DNA of 63,769 nucleotides, counting the filler, from Alphaproteobacteria bacterium (GTDB lineage Bacteria > Pseudomonadota > Alphaproteobacteria > Caedimonadales > UBA9215): the NCBI GenBank assembly GCA_024280495.1. It is 6 parts of 6 records of this genome, joined end to end, with 100 filler letters (N's around TTAATTAATTAA, not from the genome) between each part and the next. Parts side by side here need not be neighbours in the genome. Positions count along the whole stretch, not along the records: positions 1 to 23,663 come from JAJRPZ010000046.1; 5 more parts are not named here. One strand, written 5' to 3'. Position numbers and translations under genes: made by a program. Below, piece after piece: positions 10,345 to 19,831 of this stretch; the stretch's first letter is position 1; each line of letters starts with the position of its first letter. The notes beneath the pieces were generated by a model. That model was not told the DNA's origin. It made no database searches and worked only from the letters and a program-made list of their open reading frames with translations.

Positions 10345-11412
10345 TTAATCAAGGATATGATTTCGGAGGGTATTAAGAATGCCTTGACTACCCTGATAAG
10401 TCTTTGCTTGAAGCAACCACTTTGCCAATTTAGGCTCGTTGATATTAAGGGATTTCAAAGTTTCTATATCCAGAATGACGGCACTTATATGACCCTGCTT
10501 TATTTTCCAAAGGAGGGTCTGCCCAGGGGTTTTGACGTTAGAAACACCCATTTCCATGTCGTTTTTCTTTTGAATAGTCACAAACTGTTTGAAGAAAGCT
10601 TTTGCTTTGTCTAAGGGTGTCTCTGCATTTGAAAATGCTTCTTTTTGGTCCATATCATGGGCCATTGGTTTAAAATATTTATAGAGAATACGAAGAGAAG
10701 GTATACCAATGCTTGAGAAAGAAGCAAGTTTTTGAAGTAAGTTTTCTATTTCAGAAGGTAAACGCCCCCCCAATGCTTTGCACAAAGATTCAATTTCACC
10801 TCCATAGGGGGCCCCATGATTTATTTTCAGCTTGAGATCTCTCCAAGCAGAAATCTGTTTTATTTTAAGAATTAGATTTTGCTCTATTTCTTTTGGATCA
10901 GTACTTGATATGACGTTTTTTCGTTCATTTTCTTGTGCTTTTATGTGTGCCGTGCGCAACCCTATTAACTCCGATTTTAAATTTTGAACGGTTTGATTCA
11001 GGGTTTCAACTTGCTCTTTTAATTCTGAGTTATTTATCAGTGGAGAACGGGGGGGGGATTCTGCTTTTTCTGATTTAGGTGTTGGGTCTGGGGGCGTTAA
11101 CCCTTGGGTTTCTTTTTGTAATTTTGTAAATGCGTCCTCGCCGTTCAAGGGACTATGATGGGAAAATTTTGATTTTGCTATAGGATAGTGTTGAGTAATA
11201 TAGCCTTTTTGATAGAGGTAAATCCCAGCTGCAATAAGCAATAAAATAACAATTAAAAAAATATTAAGGGATTTTTTTTCCGCAGACTTTTTCCCCTTGG
11301 GTTCACCTTGCTTTTGGGTTGTTTTTTCTGGCAGCGCATCAGAAATTTCGACCGTTTCTTTAGTGGGCTCTTTTAGAGGCGTTGTGTGCTTATTTGTTTT
11401 TTTGGTCGCCAT
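10345..11412 (-). CDS. Mitofilin/Mic60-like (COG4223) inner-membrane protein
   Basis: Charged N-terminus, one TM helix, coiled coil, C-terminal LKxKINHGAPY...GIPSL...WL region; position between hemD and hemY. Confidence 0.72.
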   Translation of the reverse strand: MATKKTNKHTTPLKEPTKETVEISDALPEKTTQKQGEPKGKKSAEKKSLNIFLIVILLLIAAGIYLYQKGYITQHYPIAKSKFSHHSPLNGEDAFTKLQKETQGLTPPDPTPKSEKAESPPRSPLINNSELKEQVETLNQTVQNLKSELIGLRTAHIKAQENERKNVISSTDPKEIEQNLILKIKQISAWRDLKLKINHGAPYGGEIESLCKALGGRLPSEIENLLQKLASFSSIGIPSLRILYKYFKPMAHDMDQKEAFSNAETPLDKAKAFFKQFVTIQKKNDMEMGVSNVKTPGQTLLWKIKQGHISAVILDIETLKSLNINEPKLAKWLLQAKTYQGSQGILNTLRNHILD

Positions 11413-11424
11413 GGATCTTATCCC

Positions 11425-12135
11425 TTATTTTTTCGTGGTGCTATTTTTTAGAGCCTTAAGCATACCAATTTGTGTTGGCTCTTCCGCGACTTCAATAAAT
11501 TCATATCCAAGGTCACGTAATGCCGCTGCGCATGTCTCCCCTAAAGCTAAAAACGTAATACCTTTTAACTTTACATTGAATTTCAGCAAAAGTTTATGAA
11601 AAAACGTAGCGGATCTGGCAGAATAGACCGCGATATGAGTAATATGTTTATTTTCAAGGGATTGGCGTACTTTTTCATTAAGATAGGGTCGCGGTGTCAT
11701 CTGATAAGTAATAAGGCGCTGGCAATGGGGATGGACCATAGAAAAATTGAGGGTGACATCTTTTCCTGATAAATAAAGGTGGTTTTGTTGAAGGGCTAAA
11801 AAGTTTAACAAATTTTTTGCCTTTGAGGCTTTTATCACTGATGTAAATCCAAGATTTTTTAGGTCTTTTGCCGTTTCTTCTCCCACACAATAAATAGGAA
11901 TGTTTTGTTGAAGGGCCATTTTTTTCAAATAAGGCAAAGCATGACGGCTGGTAATAATTAGATTTTCAGGTGTTAAGGTTGGTGCTATTGGGTCTAAATA
12001 GTCAACGTCGAAAAGAGGTTCAATTATGCTCTTGAAACCAATTTTTTCAAAGTCTTTAGCAACGCGTTTTGAATCCTTAAGGGGACGCAAAAGGAGAATT
12101 ATTGGAGATTTGCAAATGGAATACTTACAAATCAT
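11425..12135 (-). CDS. hemD: Uroporphyrinogen-III synthase
   Basis: LLRP, ITSRHA, CVGEETA, YSARSA motifs; directly downstream of hemC. Confidence 0.88.
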   Translation of the reverse strand: MICKYSICKSPIILLLRPLKDSKRVAKDFEKIGFKSIIEPLFDVDYLDPIAPTLTPENLIITSRHALPYLKKMALQQNIPIYCVGEETAKDLKNLGFTSVIKASKAKNLLNFLALQQNHLYLSGKDVTLNFSMVHPHCQRLITYQMTPRPYLNEKVRQSLENKHITHIAVYSARSATFFHKLLLKFNVKLKGITFLALGETCAAALRDLGYEFIEVAEEPTQIGMLKALKNSTTKK

Positions 12136-13123
12136 AGGCTTGAAGCCATTTTTTCATTTCACGGCCAAGGCGAGCTATTTCTCCAGGAGCCTCATTTAAG
12201 GATAGGCTTAAATTTTCACGCCACAAGCTAGAGCCATCGGGGGTTGCAACACAAGCAATAAAATTTACACGGTCGCTGTTTTCAAAAGTCACAAGTCCCC
12301 CAACGGGTGTTCCACAGTGCCCCTCTATATGATCCAGAAAAAACCGCTCAAGGGTCACGGCTTCATAGCTTTTATGATGATTAATGGTTCGCAGCAGTTC
12401 TTTGAGTTTGATTTTATCTTTAAGGCACACGATGCCTATGGCTCCTTGACCGACACAGGGAGTCAAAATATCAGGCTCCAAAACTTCTGTTATTTGATCG
12501 ATAAGCCCCATGCGACTGAGACCTGCAATAGCCAACATGGTAATATCGGCTTCATGGTGTTCATGGATTTTTTTTAGACGTGTTTGAATATTTCCCCGAA
12601 AGAGGGTTGTTTTAAAGTGGGGATACAAATGTAAAAGTTGCGACGTGCGCCGCAAAGAACACGTACCAAAAAGGGCATCAGCCTGTAGATCTTTTAATTT
12701 TGTATTGTTCCATGATATTAAGGCATCCCTTGTGTCTTCACGTTCTAAAATCGCTGCAATTTCAAAGGCTGGGGGTAGCCATGTTTCACAATCTTTCAAG
12801 GAGTGAACAGCTAAATCAATGCGGCCATCCAAAAGGGCGTGATCGATTTCCTTTGTGAAAAGAGCTTTTCCTCCCATGTCACTGAGACGACGATCCAGAA
12901 CTTTATCACCCGTTGTTTTAATTTCAACAATTTTAAAAGTATAAGGAAACCCATTTTTAGCACAGCTTTTTTCCAATAATTCTTTAGTAATGTTAGCTTG
13001 ATAAAGGGCGAGGGCACTGCCTCTGGTCCCGATGCGCAAGCAATGGCCAGGGAGGACTGATGGCAGAACTGATGAAAGCGCCACAGAATAAGGGCTGTTT
13101 TTTGAGGGGTTTTCCTGTTTCAA
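12125..13123 (-). CDS. hemC: Hydroxymethylbilane synthase (start uncertain)
   Basis: RIGTRGSALA, TTGD, GGKALFTKEID, AVHSLKD, RGNIQTRL. Confidence 0.96.
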   Translation of the reverse strand: MKQENPSKNSPYSVALSSVLPSVLPGHCLRIGTRGSALALYQANITKELLEKSCAKNGFPYTFKIVEIKTTGDKVLDRRLSDMGGKALFTKEIDHALLDGRIDLAVHSLKDCETWLPPAFEIAAILEREDTRDALISWNNTKLKDLQADALFGTCSLRRTSQLLHLYPHFKTTLFRGNIQTRLKKIHEHHEADITMLAIAGLSRMGLIDQITEVLEPDILTPCVGQGAIGIVCLKDKIKLKELLRTINHHKSYEAVTLERFFLDHIEGHCGTPVGGLVTFENSDRVNFIACVATPDGSSLWRENLSLSLNEAPGEIARLGREMKKWLQAYDL

Positions 13124-13209
13124 AGTAGGACCATTATTATATTTTTCTTTATTCTACCCTTATAAAATGCTTGATTAAGAGAGAAATGAAAAGTTAAAAT
13201 TGACTTATT

Positions 13210-14259
13210 ATGATTATTCTTGGTATTGAAACAAGTTGCGACGAGACTGCCGTTGCCCTCGTTGATGACAAAAAAAATATTTTATCCCATCAATTATTCT
13301 CCCAAATGGAAGAACATGCCGTTTATGGTGGCGTCGTACCCGAAGTTGCGGCGCGCTCTCACCTCAAAATATTAGCACCCCTGGTCGAAAAGACATTAAA
13401 GGATGCTGATTTATCTTTTAATGGCTTAGATGGCATTGCGGTGACCTGTGGCCCTGGACTTATTGGTGGGGTTATGGTTGGGGTCATGATGGCGAAAAGC
13501 ATCGCCATAACCCATAATAAACCCTTTCTGGCCGTTAATCACTTGGCTGGTCATGCCTTAATGCCCCGCATGACAGAAAACTTGGCGTTTCCTTATTTGT
13601 TATTATTGGTTTCTGGCGGTCATTGCCAAACGGTGGTGGTAAAGTCTCCTGTTGACTATGATGTTTTAGGATCCACCCAGGATGATGCCGTTGGAGAATG
13701 TTTTGATAAATGTGCTAAAATGATGGGATTACCTTACCCGGGTGGACCTCATGTTGAAAAACAGGCTCAATTTGGTAATCCTAGAGCTTATGATTTTCCA
13801 AGACCTCTTTGGAGGCGCACCGATGGGGGACTTGGGTGTCAGTTTTCTTTTTCAGGATTAAAGTCTGCAGTGAGACGTGCCATTGAAAAAGAAATGGAAA
13901 AAACTAAAAAAGAAGCCCTATCACCTGAAGTTATCTCAAATATGTGCGCAAGTTTACAAGCTGCCATTGCGGATACTCTAAAGGATCGTTTGAAAAATGC
14001 TTTTGATGTCTGTCAGGAAAAAAAATACGAAATTTCTGCACTTGTTGTTTCAGGAGGGGTTGCAGCAAATGTATTTTTGCGTCAAATTTTAGAGGTGTTG
14101 GCAGCATATAAAAATGTACCTTTTTATGCACCGCCACTGGACCTTTGTACGGATAACGGCGTCATGATTGCCTGGGCTGGCCTTGAAAAATACCGTCTTG
14201 GCTTGATGGATTCCTACGATTTTAAACCACGCCCTCGTTGGCCCTTAGATACTTTATAA
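13210..14259 (+). CDS. tsaD: tRNA N6-adenosine threonylcarbamoyltransferase
   Basis: LGIETSCDET, GGVVPEVAARSH, NHLAGH, LLVSGGH, CTDNGVMIAWAG. Confidence 0.97.
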   Translation: MIILGIETSCDETAVALVDDKKNILSHQLFSQMEEHAVYGGVVPEVAARSHLKILAPLVEKTLKDADLSFNGLDGIAVTCGPGLIGGVMVGVMMAKSIAITHNKPFLAVNHLAGHALMPRMTENLAFPYLLLLVSGGHCQTVVVKSPVDYDVLGSTQDDAVGECFDKCAKMMGLPYPGGPHVEKQAQFGNPRAYDFPRPLWRRTDGGLGCQFSFSGLKSAVRRAIEKEMEKTKKEALSPEVISNMCASLQAAIADTLKDRLKNAFDVCQEKKYEISALVVSGGVAANVFLRQILEVLAAYKNVPFYAPPLDLCTDNGVMIAWAGLEKYRLGLMDSYDFKPRPRWPLDTL

Positions 14260-14271
14260 GAAAGAATAAAA

Positions 14272-15279
14272 ATGACAAAAAAAAAGTCAATGGTTATTTT
14301 AGGTGCTGGTGCATGGGGAACTGCCCTTGCCATTCAAGCTCATAATGCGGGAAACCATGTAACCCTGTGGGCTTATCTCGAGGAAGAAAAGAATGAAATT
14401 GCAAAGTACGGTGAAAATAGATCTCGATTGCCAGGGGTGCCCGTACCCACAGATATTAAGGTTACCTGTGATCTTGCAAGTATTAAAGATGCCGATGCCC
14501 TCCTTGTGGTAACACCAGCCCAAGTCATTCGCGGGTTTTTAAAAACTTTAAAACCTCATTTATCCAAGACAACCCCGTTGATTTTTTGTTCAAAGGGCAT
14601 TGAAGTTTCCACGGGGGCATTGCTGTCTGAAATTTGTACGGAGATTTTACCAGGGGCACCCATTGGTTTCTTCTCAGGTCCTAATTTTGCGAAAGAGATT
14701 GCTTTTAGCGCGCCAGGAGCAGCTACCTTAGCCCTTTCAACCTTTAAGAAATCTCAGGAGTTCTCAGAGGCCCTTAGCACACACACATTGCGTATCTATC
14801 CTTGCGATGACCCCATGGGGGTTCAAATTGGGGGGGCTCTAAAAAATGTTATTGCCATTGCATCTGGCATGGTTTCAGGATCAGAACGCGGTGAAAACGC
14901 CCAAGCCGCCCTTGTAACTCAAGGGCTCACAGAGATTGCGCGCTTTGGCGTCTTAAAGGGTGCAAAGAAGGAAACATTTATGGGGCTTTCAGGCATGGGA
15001 GATTTGGTTTTGTGTTGTTATTCACAAACGTCCCGTAATATGAAATATGGATTTGATTTGGGGCAAGAAAGCCTTGGAAAGGACGTTCTTGATTTATCAT
15101 CCCAACACCCCTTAACCGAGGGAGCACATACGGTAAAGGCTGTTCATTTACTGGCTCAGAAATACAAGATTGATATGCCTATCTGCAAAGCTGTTTATGA
15201 TATTTTGTACGAGGGAAAAACCATTCAAGAAAGCTTTGATGCCTTACTTGATCGCCCCTTACCGCAATTATATAGCTAA
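14272..15279 (+). CDS. gpsA: NAD(P)H-dependent glycerol-3-phosphate dehydrogenase
   Basis: GAGAWGTALA, SKGIE, SGPNFAKE, GGALKNVIAIA, GLSGMGDL, SRN. Confidence 0.96.
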   Translation: MTKKKSMVILGAGAWGTALAIQAHNAGNHVTLWAYLEEEKNEIAKYGENRSRLPGVPVPTDIKVTCDLASIKDADALLVVTPAQVIRGFLKTLKPHLSKTTPLIFCSKGIEVSTGALLSEICTEILPGAPIGFFSGPNFAKEIAFSAPGAATLALSTFKKSQEFSEALSTHTLRIYPCDDPMGVQIGGALKNVIAIASGMVSGSERGENAQAALVTQGLTEIARFGVLKGAKKETFMGLSGMGDLVLCCYSQTSRNMKYGFDLGQESLGKDVLDLSSQHPLTEGAHTVKAVHLLAQKYKIDMPICKAVYDILYEGKTIQESFDALLDRPLPQLYS

Positions 15280-15373
15280 TCATTTTTACGTTTACCCTTT
15301 GTTGCTGCGTTCCTTGGTTTATAAGTATAGCCGTCGTCCCTTACACCTCGTGTAAACAAAAACTAATCAACTA
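15271..15373. repeat. ~100-bp MITE/RPE-like dispersed repeat, copy A
   Basis: About 90% identical by manual alignment to 63559-63657; imperfect terminal inverted repeats (tagctaatcattttt / aaaaactaatcaacta); overlaps the gpsA stop codon. Confidence 0.85.
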
Positions 15374-15401
15374 AAGAGCTTTCCATGAAAGGAATATTTT
15401 T

Positions 15402-15812
15402 ATGAATTACTGGCTTTTAAAATCAGAACCTAATACATGGTCTTGGGAAAATCAAAAAAACGTTAAATCTGAACCTTGGGATGGTGTTCGAAATTATCAG
15501 GCATCCAATAATTTAAAGGCTATGAAAATTGGCGACCGTGCCTTTTTTTACCATTCAGTGAATGAGCGACGCATTGTAGGGATCGTTGAGATAGTCAAAG
15601 AATATTACCCTGATCACACCGATGAGAGTGGTCGCTTTGGCATGGTAGATGTGAAAGCCATTGAGGATGTTAAAAACTTTGTCACTCTTTCTGATATTAA
15701 GGAAGACCCTCGTTTAGATCATTTGCCCCTTGTGAAGCAATCACGGTTATCGGTCTCCCCCATTGACGATGAATCTTGGGAAATTATTTATAACAAGACG
15801 CAAAATAAATAA
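15402..15812 (+). CDS. EVE domain protein
   Basis: YWLLKSEP, WDGVRNYQA, MKIGDRAFFYHS, SRLSV. Confidence 0.94.
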   Translation: MNYWLLKSEPNTWSWENQKNVKSEPWDGVRNYQASNNLKAMKIGDRAFFYHSVNERRIVGIVEIVKEYYPDHTDESGRFGMVDVKAIEDVKNFVTLSDIKEDPRLDHLPLVKQSRLSVSPIDDESWEIIYNKTQNK

Positions 15813-15849
15813 TAATGGAAATGCCTAGAAATATAGCCTTCCAGAAAGG

Positions 15850-15867
15850 TTCCAGTCTAGGAGCGAG
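15850..15867 (+). repeat. Short dispersed repeat core (second family), copy 1
   Basis: ttccagtctaggagcgag, identical to 23614-23631. Confidence 0.7.
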
Positions 15868-15911
15868 AAAGCAACGCCATCAAATATAATTAATGAACCG
15901 CCTAATGTAAA

Positions 15912-15988
<77 letters not shown>

Positions 15989-16144
15989 ACAAGGAATACT
16001 CCCTTATACCATCGTTTTTTCTTTATGCAAGAAAAAATTTAATACTCCTCACCACCCAACTTACTTATAATTTTTTTATGGCCTCATACCAAGAACAGAA
16101 TTGGCAATCTAATCATTTTTTTGTTTCCCCCCCTCTCATAACCC

Positions 16145-16377
16145 TGTGAATAACCAGTATCATAACTCTGTGTGTAAGTTTATCGACCTCCTTATCCACA
16201 TTTCATCCACAGGCTCTCTAAAAATAACCAACAACCACATAACCTGTGAATAACCTGTGAATAAAAAATGCTTTTTCAATGTCATTCCCACTCTTATCTG
16301 TGGATAACCATTTGCACAGCCTGTGAAAAAACGTTATCCTTCCTACATATAACAACAACAATATAATATATATAATA
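16145..16377. promoter_or_regulatory. oriC: Chromosomal replication origin (oriC)
   Basis: TTWTNCACA matches at 16145, 16192, 16245, 16256, 16299, 16322 and one-mismatch boxes at 16169, 16203, 16310; AT-rich tract at about 16347-16390; directly upstream of hemE and near parAB/parS. Confidence 0.92.
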
Positions 16378-17424
16378 ATGTTATTATTAAGAGACCTTTT
16401 AAAATCGAAAAAAAAAGAACAACGTGTTCCCATTTGGTTTATGCGTCAAGCTGGTCGTTTTCTTCCAGAATACCGAGAGCTTCGTTCTTCCTATCCAGAT
16501 TTTTTATCTTTTTGTGCAGATCCAAAAGGCGCCTCTAAAGCTACCTTACAACCGCTGCGTCGTTTTGATCTTGATGCAGCTATTATATTTTCGGATATTT
16601 TAGTGATTCCAAAGGCATTAGGACAAAAGGTAGAATTTGTTAAAGGCGAAGGTCCTAAATTAGAAGCCATCACCTCAGAAGCAGATTTAGCTTCCCTTTC
16701 ACTCCACACTATCCATGAGAATCTTCAGGCAACCCCTGAGGCATTATCTTTAACAAAGCAACACCTCGGTCCTAACCAGACACTTGTTGGCTTCTCAGGG
16801 GCGCCCTGGACCCTTATGTGTTATATGCTAGAGGGAGGAGGCTCTAAAAATTTCGAAAAAGCACGTTTAACCATGGTGCGTCATCCAAACCTTGTGACAA
16901 AAGTGCTTGATTTATTGGTGACGTCAATCACATCTTATTTAATTTCACAGGCTAAGGCTGGGGCTGACGTACTTAAACTTTTTGATTCTTGGGCAGGGAA
17001 TTGTCCACATTTTCTTCAAGATAAATGCTTGAAAAATCCAGTAAAACGCATTTTTGATAACGTTCGATTAGAATGTCCAGATGTACCTTTGATATATTTT
17101 CCGCGGGGTATGGGAACTCAAGGCGTTGTTTTGACGAAAGAAGTGACAGCTGATGCCATGGCCATTGATCAATTTATGAATCCCTCAGCTATTTTAAAAA
17201 CAACCCCCAAAACCCTTGTGCTTCAAGGTGGTATTGACCCTATGGTCGTGCAAGTTGGTGGCGATTTATTGAAACGAGAAGTTTTTAAGTATTTAAATAC
17301 TTTTAAAGATCATCCCTATGTTTTCAATATGGGACACGGCATGATGCCAGAGATGCCTATTCAGCATATAAGTGATTGTATCGATTACGTCCGTCAGTGG
17401 GAACAAAACTCTTTTTCATCTTAA
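16378..17424 (+). CDS. hemE: Uroporphyrinogen decarboxylase
   Basis: PIWFMRQAGRFLPEY, DAAIIFSDIL, GFSGAPWTL, FDSWAG, FNMGHG. Confidence 0.96.
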   Translation: MLLLRDLLKSKKKEQRVPIWFMRQAGRFLPEYRELRSSYPDFLSFCADPKGASKATLQPLRRFDLDAAIIFSDILVIPKALGQKVEFVKGEGPKLEAITSEADLASLSLHTIHENLQATPEALSLTKQHLGPNQTLVGFSGAPWTLMCYMLEGGGSKNFEKARLTMVRHPNLVTKVLDLLVTSITSYLISQAKAGADVLKLFDSWAGNCPHFLQDKCLKNPVKRIFDNVRLECPDVPLIYFPRGMGTQGVVLTKEVTADAMAIDQFMNPSAILKTTPKTLVLQGGIDPMVVQVGGDLLKREVFKYLNTFKDHPYVFNMGHGMMPEMPIQHISDCIDYVRQWEQNSFSS

Positions 17425-17850
17425 GAGCTTATCCAAACTTTGTAAAAATTGAGACCTGTTTTGTTTGGAAAATGGCTTTGATTGGCTGTTAATTTCACCA
17501 ATTTCTCTAAGGTTAGTGAATAAGTTGCGCATGGCAAGGGCACTCCCAATAGAGTTCTCATCAAATATTTTTCCATTAGAATTAAGGCCCTTAGCCCCTT
17601 TTTCAGTACATCGCTTTGCAAGAGGAACATCAGCAGTAATAAAAATATCATCTGATTCAATTTTTTCTGCAATCCAATCGTCGGCTTTATCGGCACCATC
17701 ACTCACAACAATCAAGAATGCTTTAGCATAGGATAGATTGCGTAAATAAGAATTGGCTACTAAGATAACCTCAAGGTCAAATCGTGCGGCAACCTTAAAA
17801 ATTTCTTCTTTAACGGGACAAGCATCGGCATCGACATAAATTTTTTTCAT
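17416..17850 (-). CDS. YaiI/YqxD (UPF0178) family protein
   Basis: IYVDADACPVK, ADDWI, ITADVPLA. Confidence 0.93.
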   Translation of the reverse strand: MKKIYVDADACPVKEEIFKVAARFDLEVILVANSYLRNLSYAKAFLIVVSDGADKADDWIAEKIESDDIFITADVPLAKRCTEKGAKGLNSNGKIFDENSIGSALAMRNLFTNLREIGEINSQSKPFSKQNRSQFLQSLDKLLR

Positions 17851-17940
17851 CTCAAATTCTTTTTTAACGTTGGCTTTTGAGAGAATCTATCATAGGTTTG
17901 AAGAAACGACAAAAATAAGCCTGTTTTTTAGGACAGTTTG

Positions 17941-18399
17941 ATGGAAACATTTAAAGATTTTTTAGCTGATTATTACCTGATTATTAAGTCATTGCACTTG
18001 ATTTCAGTGATATCTTGGATGGCAGGAATGTTGTATTTACCGCGTTTATTTGTTTATCATTGTGACGCGCCCGTCGGATCACTTCAAAGTGAAACCTTTA
18101 AAATTATGGAGCGTCGTCTTTTACGGGGTATTATTAACCCTGCCATGGTCGCCACTTTTGTTTTTGGATTGATGCTTACTGTGACCCCTGGTATTGTTGT
18201 TCAGCCCATGGGGTGGTTCCATGCAAAAATTTTACTTCTTATTTTTATGACTGGTGCCCACGGTGCTATGTCTAGGTGGCGTAAAGATTTTGAAGCCGAT
18301 CGCAATCAAAAAAGTGCTCGATTTTTCCGCATTGCCAATGAGACCCCAACAGTATTAATGATTATAATCGTCTTTTTAGTTGTTTTAAAACCTTTTTAA
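17941..18399 (+). CDS. hemJ: Protoporphyrinogen oxidase HemJ
   Basis: KSLHLISVISWMAGMLYLPRLFVYH, MERRL, NETPT, VLKPF. Confidence 0.95.
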   Translation: METFKDFLADYYLIIKSLHLISVISWMAGMLYLPRLFVYHCDAPVGSLQSETFKIMERRLLRGIINPAMVATFVFGLMLTVTPGIVVQPMGWFHAKILLLIFMTGAHGAMSRWRKDFEADRNQKSARFFRIANETPTVLMIIIVFLVVLKPF

Positions 18400-18544
18400 G
18401 GTTATAAAGAAATTATATTTCCGTTGAAAATGTCTTTTATAGAGATTGTTTGATGGTTTTCTTTTTATTATTTCCCCCTTAAAAATTGATGAAAAACAAT
18501 CTAATTTATTTATAAACCTTCAACAAACGAGAAAACTCTTGTCT

Positions 18545-19822
18545 ATGAACATTCCTGAGCTTAAAGCTAAATCTCCCGAAGATCTTCTAGAAATTGCCAA
18601 AAAATATAAAATTGATAACGCTGGTAATTTACGCAAACAAGATCTTATTTTTAATATTCTTAAGAAAATGATTGCTAAAGATGATGCTATTCATGGCGCA
18701 GGGACCCTTGAAATATTGCAAGATGGTTTTGGCTTCTTACGTTCCGCCGAGGCGAGTTATTTCCCTGGACCAGATGATTTGTATGTATCTCCCAATCAAA
18801 TCAAACGCTTAGGCGTTAGGACAGGCGATTTTATTGAAGGAACCATTCGAGCACCAAAATCAAATGAGCGTTATTTCGCTTTAAATAAAATTACTAAAAT
18901 AAATAAAGAAGATCCCAAAGAAGCTCGTCGTCGCATTAATTTCGACAACCTTATTCCATTATATCCAGATGAACGTTTCAATTTCGAAATGGAAGACGAT
19001 CCTGATGTTAAGCCCAAAGATAAAGATTTCGCAGGCCGCATTATAGATTTAGTTTCCCCTTTTGGTAAGGGGCAACGTGCCTTGATTACTGCGCCACCGC
19101 GGACGGGTAAAACGGTGATGTTACAAAGTATTGCTAAGAGCCTTGAAAAAAATCATCCAGAAGTAGAGCTTATTGTTCTTTTAATTGATGAACGTCCAGA
19201 AGAAGTAACTGACATGGCTCGTTCTGTTAAAGGAGAAGTTGTGAGCTCGACTTTTGATGAGCCTGCAACCCGACATGTTCAAGTGGCTGAAATGGTCATT
19301 GAAAAAGCAAAACGCCTGGTTGAGCACAAAAAAGATGTCGTTATTCTTCTTGATTCTATTACCCGTTTATCCAGAGCTTATAACACAGTGGTGCCATCAT
19401 CAGGTAAGGTTCTAACAGGCGGTGTTGATGCTAATGCCTTGCAACGTCCTAAACGCTTTTTTGGTGCTGCACGTAATATTGAAAATGGCGGGTCTTTAAC
19501 TATTATAGCAACGGCTTTGGTTGAAACGGGGTCTCGTATGGATGAGGTTATTTTTGAAGAATTTAAGGGAACAGGTAACTCTGAATTAATTTTGGATCGT
19601 AAATTGTCTGACAAACGTATTTATCCTGCCATTGATGTGAATAAATCAGGAACCCGTAAAGAAGAGTTGTTGGTTGGTAAGTCTGATATGCAAAAAGTAT
19701 GGATTTTACGCCGTATTTTGGATCCAATGGGCGCTCAAGATGGTATGGAATTTCTTCTTGAGAAAATTAGGCGTACAAAATCAAATGCTGATTTCTTTGA
19801 ATCCATGAATACAAAAGGGTAG
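18545..19822 (+). CDS. rho: Transcription termination factor Rho (start moved to ATG 18545)
   Basis: [45 protein letters not shown]. Confidence 0.98.
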   Translation: MNIPELKAKSPEDLLEIAKKYKIDNAGNLRKQDLIFNILKKMIAKDDAIHGAGTLEILQDGFGFLRSAEASYFPGPDDLYVSPNQIKRLGVRTGDFIEGTIRAPKSNERYFALNKITKINKEDPKEARRRINFDNLIPLYPDERFNFEMEDDPDVKPKDKDFAGRIIDLVSPFGKGQRALITAPPRTGKTVMLQSIAKSLEKNHPEVELIVLLIDERPEEVTDMARSVKGEVVSSTFDEPATRHVQVAEMVIEKAKRLVEHKKDVVILLDSITRLSRAYNTVVPSSGKVLTGGVDANALQRPKRFFGAARNIENGGSLTIIATALVETGSRMDEVIFEEFKGTGNSELILDRKLSDKRIYPAIDVNKSGTRKEELLVGKSDMQKVWILRRILDPMGAQDGMEFLLEKIRRTKSNADFFESMNTKG

Positions 19823-19831
19823 TTTTTATCT

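Noticed and set aside
11049..11057. Poly-G run in the mitofilin-like gene (and a poly-C run in addB near 26135)
   Set aside because: Frames are intact and the runs encode Pro-rich segments; no evidence of phase variation
16141..16264. Repeated cctgtgaataa units as a possible CRISPR or iteron array
   Set aside because: Units are 9-11 nt DnaA boxes with irregular spacing; no cas or rep gene nearby
16218..16433. 71-aa minus-strand ORF, and 15952-16149 plus-strand ORF
   Set aside because: They overlie the oriC DnaA boxes and tRNA-fMet; low-complexity translations
18446..18544. Long N-terminal extensions from the ORF track for rho (also SulP, mraZ, ftsL, trkH, ABC permease)
   Set aside because: Family similarity begins at downstream starts; the extensions read like intergenic DNA
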